A DNA stretch of 64,000 nucleotides from Candidatus Omnitrophota bacterium (GTDB lineage Bacteria; Omnitrophota; Gorgyraeia; Gygaellales; Profunditerraquicolaceae). The position numbers were made by a program, and so were the translations under genes. Location: the NCBI GenBank assembly GCA_028716965.1, contig JAQUOV010000004.1, positions 76,298 through 140,297 on the forward strand, written 5' to 3'. Position 1 is the first letter of the stretch. Every line of letters starts with the position of its first letter. The notes below the pieces were generated by a model. It had not been told where the DNA came from. It did no database searches and worked only from the letters and a program-made list of their open reading frames with translations. Below, in pieces: positions 21,052-29,196 of this stretch.

Positions 21052-22044
21052 ATGCTTAAACTTAGTGAATTCGATTATCCGCTTCCTAAAGAGCTGATTG
21101 CCCAGCATCCCCTGGAGAATAGAGAAGAGGCCAGGCTCCTGATTGTGGACAGGCAGAAGGGCAGGATCACTCATGCCGTATTCAGGGATGTGGGGAGTTT
21201 TTTTAAAGAAAAAGATTTATTGGTCCTTAATGACACCAAGGTCTTGCATTGCCGTTTAATGGGGAATAAAACAACCGGAGGCAAGGTTGAAATTTTATTG
21301 ACCCGGCGTATAAACGGCTCAACATTTTCCTGCCTGGTCCAGCCCAGCCGCACAAAGGCCGGTGAGAAGATCATTTTTGCCGGCGGCAAGATTACCGGTA
21401 TTTTGAGTGCACGGGGACAGATAAGTTTTAAGCAGCCCGATGCGGATGTAATTTACGATTACGGCGTCGTACCTTTGCCTCCTTACATAAAACGTGAACC
21501 CATTGATTCGGACAAGGTTTATTACCAGACGGTTTATGCTAAGAATGAAGGCGCGCTTGCGTCACCTACTGCCGGCTTGCATTTTACGCCAAAGCTGCTT
21601 GAGGATATCTGCGCGCAAGGCGTCAACCTGGCTTATATAACTTTACATGTCGGCTTAGGCACGTTCCGCCCGGTAAGATGCGAGAATATCCTTGAGCATA
21701 AAATGGAGCCGGAATATTTCCAGGTGCCTGATGAGGCGGTTGCCAAAATCAGGCAGGCCGTCGATGATAAAGGCCGCATAATTGCCGTAGGCACTACTGC
21801 TTTAAGGACACTTGAGACTTTTGCCACAGGCCGCAGGGAAGGGAATACGGATTTGTTTATTTATCCGGGTTATAAGTTTAAATTAGTTGATTGCCTGTTG
21901 ACCAATTTTCATCTGCCGATGACTACGCTTTTTATGCTGGTCTGCGCCTTTGGCGGGGAGAAGCTGATGAAGAAGGCGTATCAGGAAGCGGTGGAAAAGA
22001 AATACAGGTTTTACAGCTACGGCGACGCAATGTTGATTCTTTGA
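21052..22044 (+). CDS. queA: S-adenosylmethionine:tRNA ribosyltransferase-isomerase
   Basis: N-terminal FDYxLPxELIAQxP and full-length match. Confidence 0.93.
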   Translation: MLKLSEFDYPLPKELIAQHPLENREEARLLIVDRQKGRITHAVFRDVGSFFKEKDLLVLNDTKVLHCRLMGNKTTGGKVEILLTRRINGSTFSCLVQPSRTKAGEKIIFAGGKITGILSARGQISFKQPDADVIYDYGVVPLPPYIKREPIDSDKVYYQTVYAKNEGALASPTAGLHFTPKLLEDICAQGVNLAYITLHVGLGTFRPVRCENILEHKMEPEYFQVPDEAVAKIRQAVDDKGRIIAVGTTALRTLETFATGRREGNTDLFIYPGYKFKLVDCLLTNFHLPMTTLFMLVCAFGGEKLMKKAYQEAVEKKYRFYSYGDAMLIL

Positions 22045-22061
22045 TATTTTGCTCTCGGGAT

Positions 22062-22199
22062 ATTGTTCGCGTGCGAAAATTTTCGCCGAGTGCTTCGGTT
22101 TACGTCTCGCTACGGCTACAGTATACTTACGCTGGTAAGATTCTGCCTCCGCTCGACGTAATTCCTCGCACTCTTTTGCCGAAAATTTTCTAATGCACG
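22062..22199. repeat. MITE-like element: imperfect ~25-30-nt terminal inverted repeats (gcgtgcgaaaattttcgccgagtgc / gcactcttttgccgaaaattttctaatgcacgc) around a ~75-nt core
   Basis: Arms read directly. Each arm contains the self-palindrome gcgaaaattttcgc / gccgaaaattttc. The core contains taagattctgcctc, related to the 5' motif of the rplS/rpmE leader family. Confidence 0.4.
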
Positions 22200-22237
22200 C
22201 TCCACAATATCCCTCGACAAAATATCTATAGATAGAA

Positions 22238-23608
22238 TTGACATTCGCGGCAAACTCGCAATTGGCGTTTAGTGATATAGAATCACGAGTTAAGAATATC
22301 ATGGATAAGCTGAAAAATATCTTTAAGAAAAATTCTATTCATTCCGGAAAAGACATAATAAAGAAATGCTATAATTTCTCTTTGTCCGAAATATATGAAT
22401 TTATACTATCTTTATATTTAGAAATTGAAAAAAATGCATATCGCAGTAGTGAAATATTAACAGAGTCTGTTTATTTGAGCACATCCGCTGTTGGATTATC
22501 TCAATTCTGTTCTTCTCCTGAATGCCGTATCAATCGGATTCAAAAAACACTAAAGTCATCTTTGCTTTTGTCCGATAGAGTGTTTATAGATAATCCTTTA
22601 GAGCGCATTGCAAATATAGAACCCAGTAGAGATACGTCGGTATTAAGATCTAATTATTGCTCAGATTTACTTTACATATATTACATTGTTAGTCTTTTGG
22701 ACATGGGTGTACTGATTAATTTACCTAGATGGGTAACTGTATGTAAGCATTGTAAAAGGCAATTAACAAAATCGATAAACGAAACCGAGAAACTGATTTT
22801 GCTAAAGAAAAAGTACTTCTATGAGCTAATGAAAAATGAATTTACAGGCAGTCTAAAATTCGATAGAGACCATTGGGAGGTATTTTATGAAGGGAACCTC
22901 AATCTAATTCCAGATGCTCATCCCATGGTAATAAATATGTTAAAAATACCAAATAAATTAAAAAAATTAAGAAATAGCCGTGTAACATTTAATGACTTTA
23001 TGAAATTTGGTCTGCCTGACAATATTATATACGATCTAATCAGTAATGCGATTTTATATTTGCCATATAAAAGCCGACATGGATTAAACGCTTTAGTTAC
23101 AAATGAACTAGAAGCGAGTATTTTTAATCAATTAATAATGGGTAAAGATAACAAAAAACACGAAATACCGTTTATTAATTTTGATGATATCAATTTAGGT
23201 AGTTTAATAAAGGCAAGGCATAAGCAACCCGAGGAGTTTCAGAATTTTCGGAAGGAAATTAATAAAGTTATTAAAGAAATTAGATTAGGTAATGGAAGCC
23301 AGACAAATGATAAGAATTCACAATTGAATGTTTTCATTAGACAGGAGATTAGCAAAAATTTAAATCGTCTTAATGCCAAGATAAATCATTATACAGGTGA
23401 TCAATTGAAGAAGGCGTTGCAAAGGGGGTTGATGGTTGGGTCTATACTTGGAATTGGTGCTTATACGGGTGTATTGCCAAATTCCGCTCAAATTTTAGTA
23501 TCAGCTAGTCTTGGAATATTACCGCATACTGCAGTAGGATTACTTAACAGAAAAGATGCAATAAAGAATGATAACTGGTATTTTTATTGGCAACTAGCAA
23601 AGAAATAA
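22238..23608 (+). CDS. AT-rich orphan protein with C-terminal glycine-zipper transmembrane hairpin (candidate horizontally acquired toxin/defence-like effector)
   Basis: Long ORF with strongly AT-biased codons unlike all neighbours. TTG start at 22238, or an ATG at 22301 preceded by a TGnTATAGA-like extended -10. No recognisable catalytic domain. The C-terminal 60 aa contain two hydrophobic segments with GxxxG spacing. Confidence 0.55.
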   Translation: MTFAANSQLAFSDIESRVKNIMDKLKNIFKKNSIHSGKDIIKKCYNFSLSEIYEFILSLYLEIEKNAYRSSEILTESVYLSTSAVGLSQFCSSPECRINRIQKTLKSSLLLSDRVFIDNPLERIANIEPSRDTSVLRSNYCSDLLYIYYIVSLLDMGVLINLPRWVTVCKHCKRQLTKSINETEKLILLKKKYFYELMKNEFTGSLKFDRDHWEVFYEGNLNLIPDAHPMVINMLKIPNKLKKLRNSRVTFNDFMKFGLPDNIIYDLISNAILYLPYKSRHGLNALVTNELEASIFNQLIMGKDNKKHEIPFINFDDINLGSLIKARHKQPEEFQNFRKEINKVIKEIRLGNGSQTNDKNSQLNVFIRQEISKNLNRLNAKINHYTGDQLKKALQRGLMVGSILGIGAYTGVLPNSAQILVSASLGILPHTAVGLLNRKDAIKNDNWYFYWQLAKK

Positions 23609-23656
23609 GGGTGACGATTTTTGATTTGTATAGCGGATGGCTTGGATTGTTTCCAA

Positions 23657-23800
23657 GCAGGGCGTTTGCAGGCCGAGCGGGCAAGGTTACCCGGCTATAT
23701 ACGAAGTAGGTAGAGCGAGGCCGAAACCCGAGCGAAGTTTGCCTCGCCGGGGCAAACGAGCGTCCCTGCGGGAAACAAGACAAGACAGACGCGTTAATAT
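23657..23800 (+). repeat. GC-rich structured intergenic element, copy A (candidate cis-regulatory RNA/ncRNA or miniature repeat)
   Basis: About 130 nt aligning with the reverse complement of 55493-55618. Shared blocks are cagggcRtttRcaggccgRgcRggcaWgg, cccgagcgaag, a 7-bp hairpin with compensatory changes (gtttgcc/ggcaaac versus gcctgcc/ggcaggc), and a 3' tail gaaacaagacaa(gaca)gacgcgtta. It ends 10 nt before the tgt ATG. Confidence 0.5.
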
Positions 23801-23809
23801 TGGGAAAGT

Positions 23810-24922
23810 ATGTTTACTTTAATTCATAAAGACAAAAATAGTAAAGCTAGGTTGGGAAAGCTGGTAACTGCGCATGGGGAGATTGATACTCCCGCATTTA
23901 TGCCCGTAGGCACGCATGCTACGATTAAAGGCCTCATGCTTAAGGATGTGGAGGAGGCGGGGGCGCAGATAATTTTGTCAAATGCTTATCATGTGTTTCT
24001 GCGTCCGGGCATAGAGACGGTTAAGAAGGCCGGCGGCTTGCACAAATTTATGGGCTGGGATAAGCCGATACTAACGGATAGCGGAGGGTACCAGATCTTT
24101 AGCCTTGCGCTTTTCCGCAAAATGCATGACCGGGGCGTAGAATTTCAGTCGCATATAGACGGCCTGAAGCATTTCCTTACCCCCGAAGACGTAATTAAGA
24201 TCCAGGAGGATTTAGGTTCGGATATCATCATGCCGCTTGATGAATGCGTGCATTATCCATGTACGCGCGACCAGTCAAAAATAGCAATGGAGAGGACGCT
24301 TGCCTGGGCAAAAAGGTCAAAAGAGGCCTATCATAAAGAAAAACAGGCATTGTTTGGAATTATTCAGGGGGCTACTTATGAGGACCTGCGCAAAGATTGC
24401 GCCGGGCGCATGGTTGATATGGATTTTGACGGTTATTCCATCGGCGGAGTTTCTGTTGGCGAGTCCAGCAATTTAATATATAATATCATTGAGCTGGTCA
24501 GCGGCTTGCTCCCGGAAGATAAACCGCGTTATGCCATGGGTATCGGCTATCCGTTTGATATAGTAGAAGCCGTGGACCGCGGCGTGGATATGTTTGATTG
24601 CGTAATCCCCACGCGTTACGGCAGGAACGGTACGGCTTTTACAAGCAGCGGCAAGGTGATCATCCGTAACTCTTCCTATGCCGAAGATTTCCGGCAGCTG
24701 GATGCCAAATGCGGCTGTTATGTCTGTAAGAATTTTTCCCGGGCGTACCTTAGGCATTTATTCAATGCTAAGGAGATGCTGGGGTTGATTTTGCTTAGTT
24801 TTCATAATGTCTATTTCTTCCTGGATTTAATGCGCCAGATCCGGCAGGCGATAAAAGAGGATAAGTTCAGCCAGTTTAAACAGATCTTTTTAAGCGGCTA
24901 CAATAACCAGATATGCGCATAG
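23810..24922 (+). CDS. tgt: queuine tRNA-ribosyltransferase
   Basis: TPAFMPVGT, zinc site CxCxxC...H near the C-terminus; full length. Confidence 0.95.
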   Translation: MFTLIHKDKNSKARLGKLVTAHGEIDTPAFMPVGTHATIKGLMLKDVEEAGAQIILSNAYHVFLRPGIETVKKAGGLHKFMGWDKPILTDSGGYQIFSLALFRKMHDRGVEFQSHIDGLKHFLTPEDVIKIQEDLGSDIIMPLDECVHYPCTRDQSKIAMERTLAWAKRSKEAYHKEKQALFGIIQGATYEDLRKDCAGRMVDMDFDGYSIGGVSVGESSNLIYNIIELVSGLLPEDKPRYAMGIGYPFDIVEAVDRGVDMFDCVIPTRYGRNGTAFTSSGKVIIRNSSYAEDFRQLDAKCGCYVCKNFSRAYLRHLFNAKEMLGLILLSFHNVYFFLDLMRQIRQAIKEDKFSQFKQIFLSGYNNQICA

Positions 24923-25593
24923 ATATAATTACTATTTTCCCGGGTATGTTTTCTGCCGTTTTGGATGAGTCTATCATCAAGCGCGCGCAGCAAAAAGGCA
25001 AGGTGGATATTTTTGTCCATGATTTAAGGCCTTACTCTTTGGATAAGCACCATAAGGTTGACGACCGGCCTTTCGGAGGCGGTTCGGGAATGATCTTGCA
25101 GGCAGAACCTATCTTCAGGGCGGTTGCGGCAATCAAGAGAAAGATTAAGGGTAGGAGCAGGGTAATTTTGCTCTGCCCTCAAGGAAAGAGTTTTAACCAT
25201 GCTTGTGCCAGGAGATTATCCAAGTGCAGCAATTTGATATTTATTTGCGGCCGTTACGAGGGGGTAGATGAAAGAGTCAGGCAGTATTTGGCTGATGAAG
25301 AACTTTCAATAGGGGATTATGTTTTGACCGGAGGTGAACTTGCCGCCATGGTTTTAGTGGACAGCATAGTCAGGTTGATCCCAGGTGTTTTGGGGGATAA
25401 AAATTCCTTGAATTTTGAGTCATTCGAAGGTAATCTATTAGAATATCCGCAATACAGCAGGCCGGCTAAGTTTAGAAAGTGGTCGGTCCCGGAGGTCCTG
25501 GTTTCCGGGGCTCACGATAAAATCAGCGCATGGCGTAAGGCCGAGGCGCTTAAACGCACCAGGCAAAGAAGACCGGATTTATTAAAAAAATAG
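24913..25593 (+). CDS. trmD: tRNA (guanine37-N1)-methyltransferase
   Basis: SPOUT fold motifs (IDIITIFP, GGGxGM); precedes rplS as in many bacteria. Confidence 0.93.
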   Translation: MRIDIITIFPGMFSAVLDESIIKRAQQKGKVDIFVHDLRPYSLDKHHKVDDRPFGGGSGMILQAEPIFRAVAAIKRKIKGRSRVILLCPQGKSFNHACARRLSKCSNLIFICGRYEGVDERVRQYLADEELSIGDYVLTGGELAAMVLVDSIVRLIPGVLGDKNSLNFESFEGNLLEYPQYSRPAKFRKWSVPEVLVSGAHDKISAWRKAEALKRTRQRRPDLLKK

Positions 25594-25720
25594 GGTTAAG
25601 ATTCCGCCTCACTTGTTCGGCGGATTTCGTTAAACAAGGGCATAGGGTGCTCAAAATTCACGCTTTGATACTTGACAGGTTTGTCAAGTATCAAGCGCTC
25701 ATTTAAAGGAGGCAACAGTA
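25594..25720 (+). promoter_or_regulatory. conserved ribosomal-protein leader/repeat, copy 1 (upstream of rplS)
   Basis: Shares taagattccgcctca...ttcggcgga...ttgac-hairpin-gtcaagcgctcatttaaaggaggca with 39985-40115. The last 23 nt before the start region are identical in both copies and include the RBS. Confidence 0.45.
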
Positions 25721-26077
25721 ATGGATATTAAAACAATTGAATCATCTTTTACGAAGAAAGATATGCCGCAGTTTAATATCGGGGACACGGTGAAGGTGTT
25801 CACCAGGATCCCCGAAGGGGTGGATAAATTCCGCCTGCATCCGTTTGAGGGGGTGGTAATTGCAAAAAGCGGTTCAGGTATAAAGCTTAATTTTACGGTA
25901 AGGAAGATTTCTTTCGGCGAAGGGATTGAGCGCGTCTTCCCGCTTTATTCCCCTACTATTGAGCGCATTGAAATTATCCGTTCGGGAAAGGTAAAGAGGG
26001 CCAAGCTTTATTATTTAAGAAGCAAGATCGGCAAGCATGCCACCAAGATAGAAAGCAAAGAAACAAAAGCAAATTAG
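25721..26077 (+). CDS. rplS: 50S ribosomal protein L19
   Basis: Typical L19 length and FxxGDxVxV motif. Confidence 0.95.
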   Translation: MDIKTIESSFTKKDMPQFNIGDTVKVFTRIPEGVDKFRLHPFEGVVIAKSGSGIKLNFTVRKISFGEGIERVFPLYSPTIERIEIIRSGKVKRAKLYYLRSKIGKHATKIESKETKAN

Positions 26078-26691
26078 TGCTGCGATACGAGAAAAGACTA
26101 AAAGATAAAGGGTATGATCTGGTTATCGGCGTAGACGAGGCAGGCAGGGGGCCTTTGGCCGGGCCGGTAGTGGCTGCGGCAGTGCTGCTGAAGGGATTTT
26201 GTTTCAACAACCGTATTGATGATTCCAAAAAATTAAGCCCCGCAAAAAGAAAAAACGCGTTCTTTGAAATAAAAAATAAATCTATATATGCGATTGCGGC
26301 AGTAAGCCATAAGCAGATTGACCGGATGAATATCCTGCAGGCTGCAAAGCTGGCTATGCGCAAAGCACTTTCAAAGCTATGCAGGCAGTTGGGGTCCGCA
26401 GAGCTAAAACGGGCATTCATACTTATTGACGGTAATATGAAGTTTGAATTAGGCCTTCCTTATCGGAGCATTGTCAAAGGGGATGCCAAGTCTTTAAGCG
26501 TAGCTGCTTCTTCTATCCTGGCTAAGGTGCACAGGGATGCGCTTATGGAAAAGTACCACAAAATTTACCCCGCGTATAATTTTGATAAACATAAAGGTTA
26601 CCCTACAGCCGAGCACCGCATGATCTTAAAAAAGATCGGCCCTTCGGCCATTCACCGGAAGAGTTTTTTAAAGTGCCTGGAAAGAATTTAG
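26077..26691 (+). CDS. rnhB: ribonuclease HII
   Basis: GVDEAGRGPLAGPVV active-site motif. Confidence 0.93.
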   Translation: MLRYEKRLKDKGYDLVIGVDEAGRGPLAGPVVAAAVLLKGFCFNNRIDDSKKLSPAKRKNAFFEIKNKSIYAIAAVSHKQIDRMNILQAAKLAMRKALSKLCRQLGSAELKRAFILIDGNMKFELGLPYRSIVKGDAKSLSVAASSILAKVHRDALMEKYHKIYPAYNFDKHKGYPTAEHRMILKKIGPSAIHRKSFLKCLERI

Positions 26692-27053
26692 AATTTGGTA
26701 AGCAAGCTGAAGATGAGGCTGTGAAATTCATAAAGGCCCGGGGTTACAGGGTTACCAGGCGTAATTATAAAAGCAAGTTTGGCGAAATAGATATAATCGC
26801 AGAGCACAAAGGAGTTATTTGTTTTGTAGAGGTAAAGGCCAGGCATTCAAAGCTGTTCGGCCAGCCCTCTGAAGCTGTTTCTGCGGCCAAGCAAAGGCAG
26901 ATCTGCAAGACGGCAATCTGTTATTTGAAAGAAAATAATCTTTTAGAGCGCCAGGCGCGCTTTGATGTAGTATCGCTCTTGTATACGGAAGATTTGCCTG
27001 GGATTGAATTGATTGAAAACGCGTTTGAATTAACTCCTTTCTTTACCGTTTAA
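26673..27053 (+). CDS. yraN: YraN-family (UPF0102) endonuclease-like protein
   Basis: GEIDIIA...FVEVK PD-(D/E)xK-like motif; usual position after rnhB. Confidence 0.8.
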   Translation: MPGKNLEFGKQAEDEAVKFIKARGYRVTRRNYKSKFGEIDIIAEHKGVICFVEVKARHSKLFGQPSEAVSAAKQRQICKTAICYLKENNLLERQARFDVVSLLYTEDLPGIELIENAFELTPFFTV

Positions 27054-27057
27054 GGCC

Positions 27058-27621
27058 ATGGAATATAAAAAACAGAGTTTAATTAAATATTTGGACGACC
27101 TTTCCGCCAAGCTTCCCGCTCCCGGAGGAGGTTCTGCGGCAGCCTTAAACGCGGCTATGGGAGCCGGTTTAATCAGCATGGTGGTTAACTTTACTTTGGG
27201 CAAGCCCGCATATGCTGCATTTGAGACGCAGCTAAAGGGGATCCTGGTAAAATCCGAGAAATTAAGAAAAGATTTTTTGGAGCTGGTGGATTTGGATGTT
27301 GTCGCCTATCAGAGCAAGGATGCGCGCCAGGCATTGGATATACCGTTGATGCTGGCAAGGCTCTGTTGCGAAGCGGCAAAATTATGCCCGCCGTTAATAA
27401 AAAAAGGCAACGCCAATTTGTTAAGCGATGTGGCGGTAGCGGCCGTTTTCTTTGAGTCGGCATTTGTTGCAGCCTGTTTTAATGTGGAGATTAATTTAAA
27501 AACCCTGGCTCAGAAAAAATTGACTCAAGGCGTAAGGAAAGAGCTGAATCAGAAAAACAGGATTATCCAGAGGATCCGCAGGAATACGGAGGACAGCATT
27601 GGCAAAATTATTAGAGGGTAA
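27058..27621 (+). CDS. cyclodeaminase/cyclohydrolase-family protein (methenyl-THF cyclohydrolase FchA / FtcD C-domain like)
   Basis: N-terminal YLDDLSAKxPAPGGGSAAA signature of the PF04961 family. Confidence 0.75.
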   Translation: MEYKKQSLIKYLDDLSAKLPAPGGGSAAALNAAMGAGLISMVVNFTLGKPAYAAFETQLKGILVKSEKLRKDFLELVDLDVVAYQSKDARQALDIPLMLARLCCEAAKLCPPLIKKGNANLLSDVAVAAVFFESAFVAACFNVEINLKTLAQKKLTQGVRKELNQKNRIIQRIRRNTEDSIGKIIRG

Positions 27622-28441
27622 GCCGGTAGCTGAAAAAATCAAAGAGCAGATAAAGCAGTCGGTGCAATCTCTGGGTTTTAAGCCGGCACTGGCAAGCGTG
27701 ATGGCAGGCGAAAATGCCGGATCCGAGGCTTATGTAAAATCACAGAAGAAAGTCGCCGAGGAGCTGGGGATAGATTACCGGTTCTCTAAGCTGGGCCCGG
27801 ATACATCAGAAGGCAAATTAGTTGGATTTATAGAAGAATTAAATTCGGATAAGTCGGTTAACGGCGTCATTGTTCAACTGCCGCTTCCTGCGCAAATAGA
27901 CTATCAGAAGATCAGCGGGCATATCTGCCCGGATAAAGATGTAGAGGGTATGCATCCGGTTAATATCGGCAAGCTCTTGCTGGGCAAGGCAAGGATCGCC
28001 CCTTGCACGGCCGGGGCGGTAATGGAACTATTGAACTCTACCGGTACAGATTTATACGGAAAGGAAGTAGTCCTTGTCGGCCATAGCGAGATTGTAGGCA
28101 AGCCGCTTGCGCTTTTGTTATTAGATAAATTTGCTACGCTGACTGTTTGCCATATCGGGACCAGCCGGGCAGGAAAACTTGAGGAGCATGTAAGAAGAGC
28201 CGAGGTTTTAATTGTCGCAGTAGGGAAGGCCGGTTTGATCAAGGGCAGCTGGATTAAACAGGGCGCTATTGTTATTGACGTGGGTATAAACAGGGTCGGC
28301 GATAAGATCGTCGGTGATGTGGAGTTTGAAGAGGCACAGAAGCGCGCCGCATATATTACTCCCGTGCCCGGGGGCGTGGGGCCGCTGACCGTAACAATGC
28401 TGATGCGTAATTTAGCAGAAGCAGCCAAAGCGCAGCAATAG
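27599..28441 (+). CDS. folD: bifunctional 5,10-methylene-THF dehydrogenase / methenyl-THF cyclohydrolase
   Basis: LDGKxVA N-terminus, GxSxxVG Rossmann motif, PGGVGP C-terminal motif; TTG start overlapping the previous gene. Confidence 0.93.
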   Translation: MAKLLEGKPVAEKIKEQIKQSVQSLGFKPALASVMAGENAGSEAYVKSQKKVAEELGIDYRFSKLGPDTSEGKLVGFIEELNSDKSVNGVIVQLPLPAQIDYQKISGHICPDKDVEGMHPVNIGKLLLGKARIAPCTAGAVMELLNSTGTDLYGKEVVLVGHSEIVGKPLALLLLDKFATLTVCHIGTSRAGKLEEHVRRAEVLIVAVGKAGLIKGSWIKQGAIVIDVGINRVGDKIVGDVEFEEAQKRAAYITPVPGGVGPLTVTMLMRNLAEAAKAQQ

Positions 28442-28464
28442 ATAAAATCGAAAGGAGGCTCGTA

Positions 28465-29112
28465 ATGGAAATGGATAAATTCCCTTTTGGAGCGGCGGTA
28501 AATTTCGGATGGCGCAAGGTTAAAGAAAACTTCTGGAGCCTGGTCATTATTACCATCATCTGGGTGGCAATCGTCGGTATTCTTAATTCTTCCGCCAAGA
28601 ACTTAGAGAAAACCATGCCCGTGATTTCTTTTCTTTTAAGCCTCTGCGCAACGCTGGTTAATATGGTTATTACCATGGGAGTGACCAGGATAGGGCTGAA
28701 GATTTACGCCGGAGAAAAGTTCAGCATCGCCGGGATGTTTTACTGCGGAGGTGAGCAGGCCCTTAATTATTTTGTCGCCTCCATCCTTTACTTTCTTGCG
28801 GTATTGGCCGGTCTTATCCTTTTGATCGTACCCGGGATCATAGTAATGATCAGGATGGGCCTTTATCTGTATCTTATCGTGGATAAGAAAATGGGGATAA
28901 TTGATTCCCTTAAGGAAAGCATGAAGCTGACCAAGGGAAATGCTTTTAACCTTTTCCTGTTCTGGTTACTTTTGTTGGGTGTAATATTGCTGGGCTTTTT
29001 AGCTTTATTCGTAGGCATACTTGTGGCTATTCCCGTAACTATATTAGCCTATGTTTTTGTCTATCGTTACCTGGAAAGCAGGAAACAACCGGCCTTTGCC
29101 CAGCAATCATAA
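28465..29112 (+). CDS. polytopic membrane protein of unknown function, embedded in the C1 cluster
   Basis: At least four predicted TM helices; no catalytic motif recognised. Confidence 0.5.
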   Translation: MEMDKFPFGAAVNFGWRKVKENFWSLVIITIIWVAIVGILNSSAKNLEKTMPVISFLLSLCATLVNMVITMGVTRIGLKIYAGEKFSIAGMFYCGGEQALNYFVASILYFLAVLAGLILLIVPGIIVMIRMGLYLYLIVDKKMGIIDSLKESMKLTKGNAFNLFLFWLLLLGVILLGFLALFVGILVAIPVTILAYVFVYRYLESRKQPAFAQQS

Positions 29113-29119
29113 ATAATGG

Positions 29120-29190
29120 GCATGCTCCAAAGGCAGGACCCCGGGGCGTAATAGGCGAGAAACAAAACAAGACAGACGCGTTAGGATCCA
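29120..29190 (+). repeat. partial copy of the GC-rich structured element (3' half), ending 10 nt before the metF-like start
   Basis: ggggcgtaataggcgagaaacaaaacaagacagacgcgtta aligns with the 3' tail of copy A; 17 nt are identical (acaagacagacgcgtta). Confidence 0.35.
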
Positions 29191-29196
29191 ACTACC

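Noticed and set aside
21883-22302. 139-aa minus-strand ORF and the 100-aa plus-strand ORF at 21891-22193
   Set aside because: Both sit over the queA 3' end and the MITE-like repeat region. No RBS. Better explained as chance open frames in a GC-richer repeat.
23657-23800. Identification of the GC-rich element as SRP RNA, 6S RNA or a tRNA
   Set aside because: It lacks the tRNA T-arm consensus and cloverleaf, and lacks the SRP domain-IV consensus. It is too short for 6S or tmRNA. Partial resemblance to SRP (cAGGCCG...GG) does not extend across copies.
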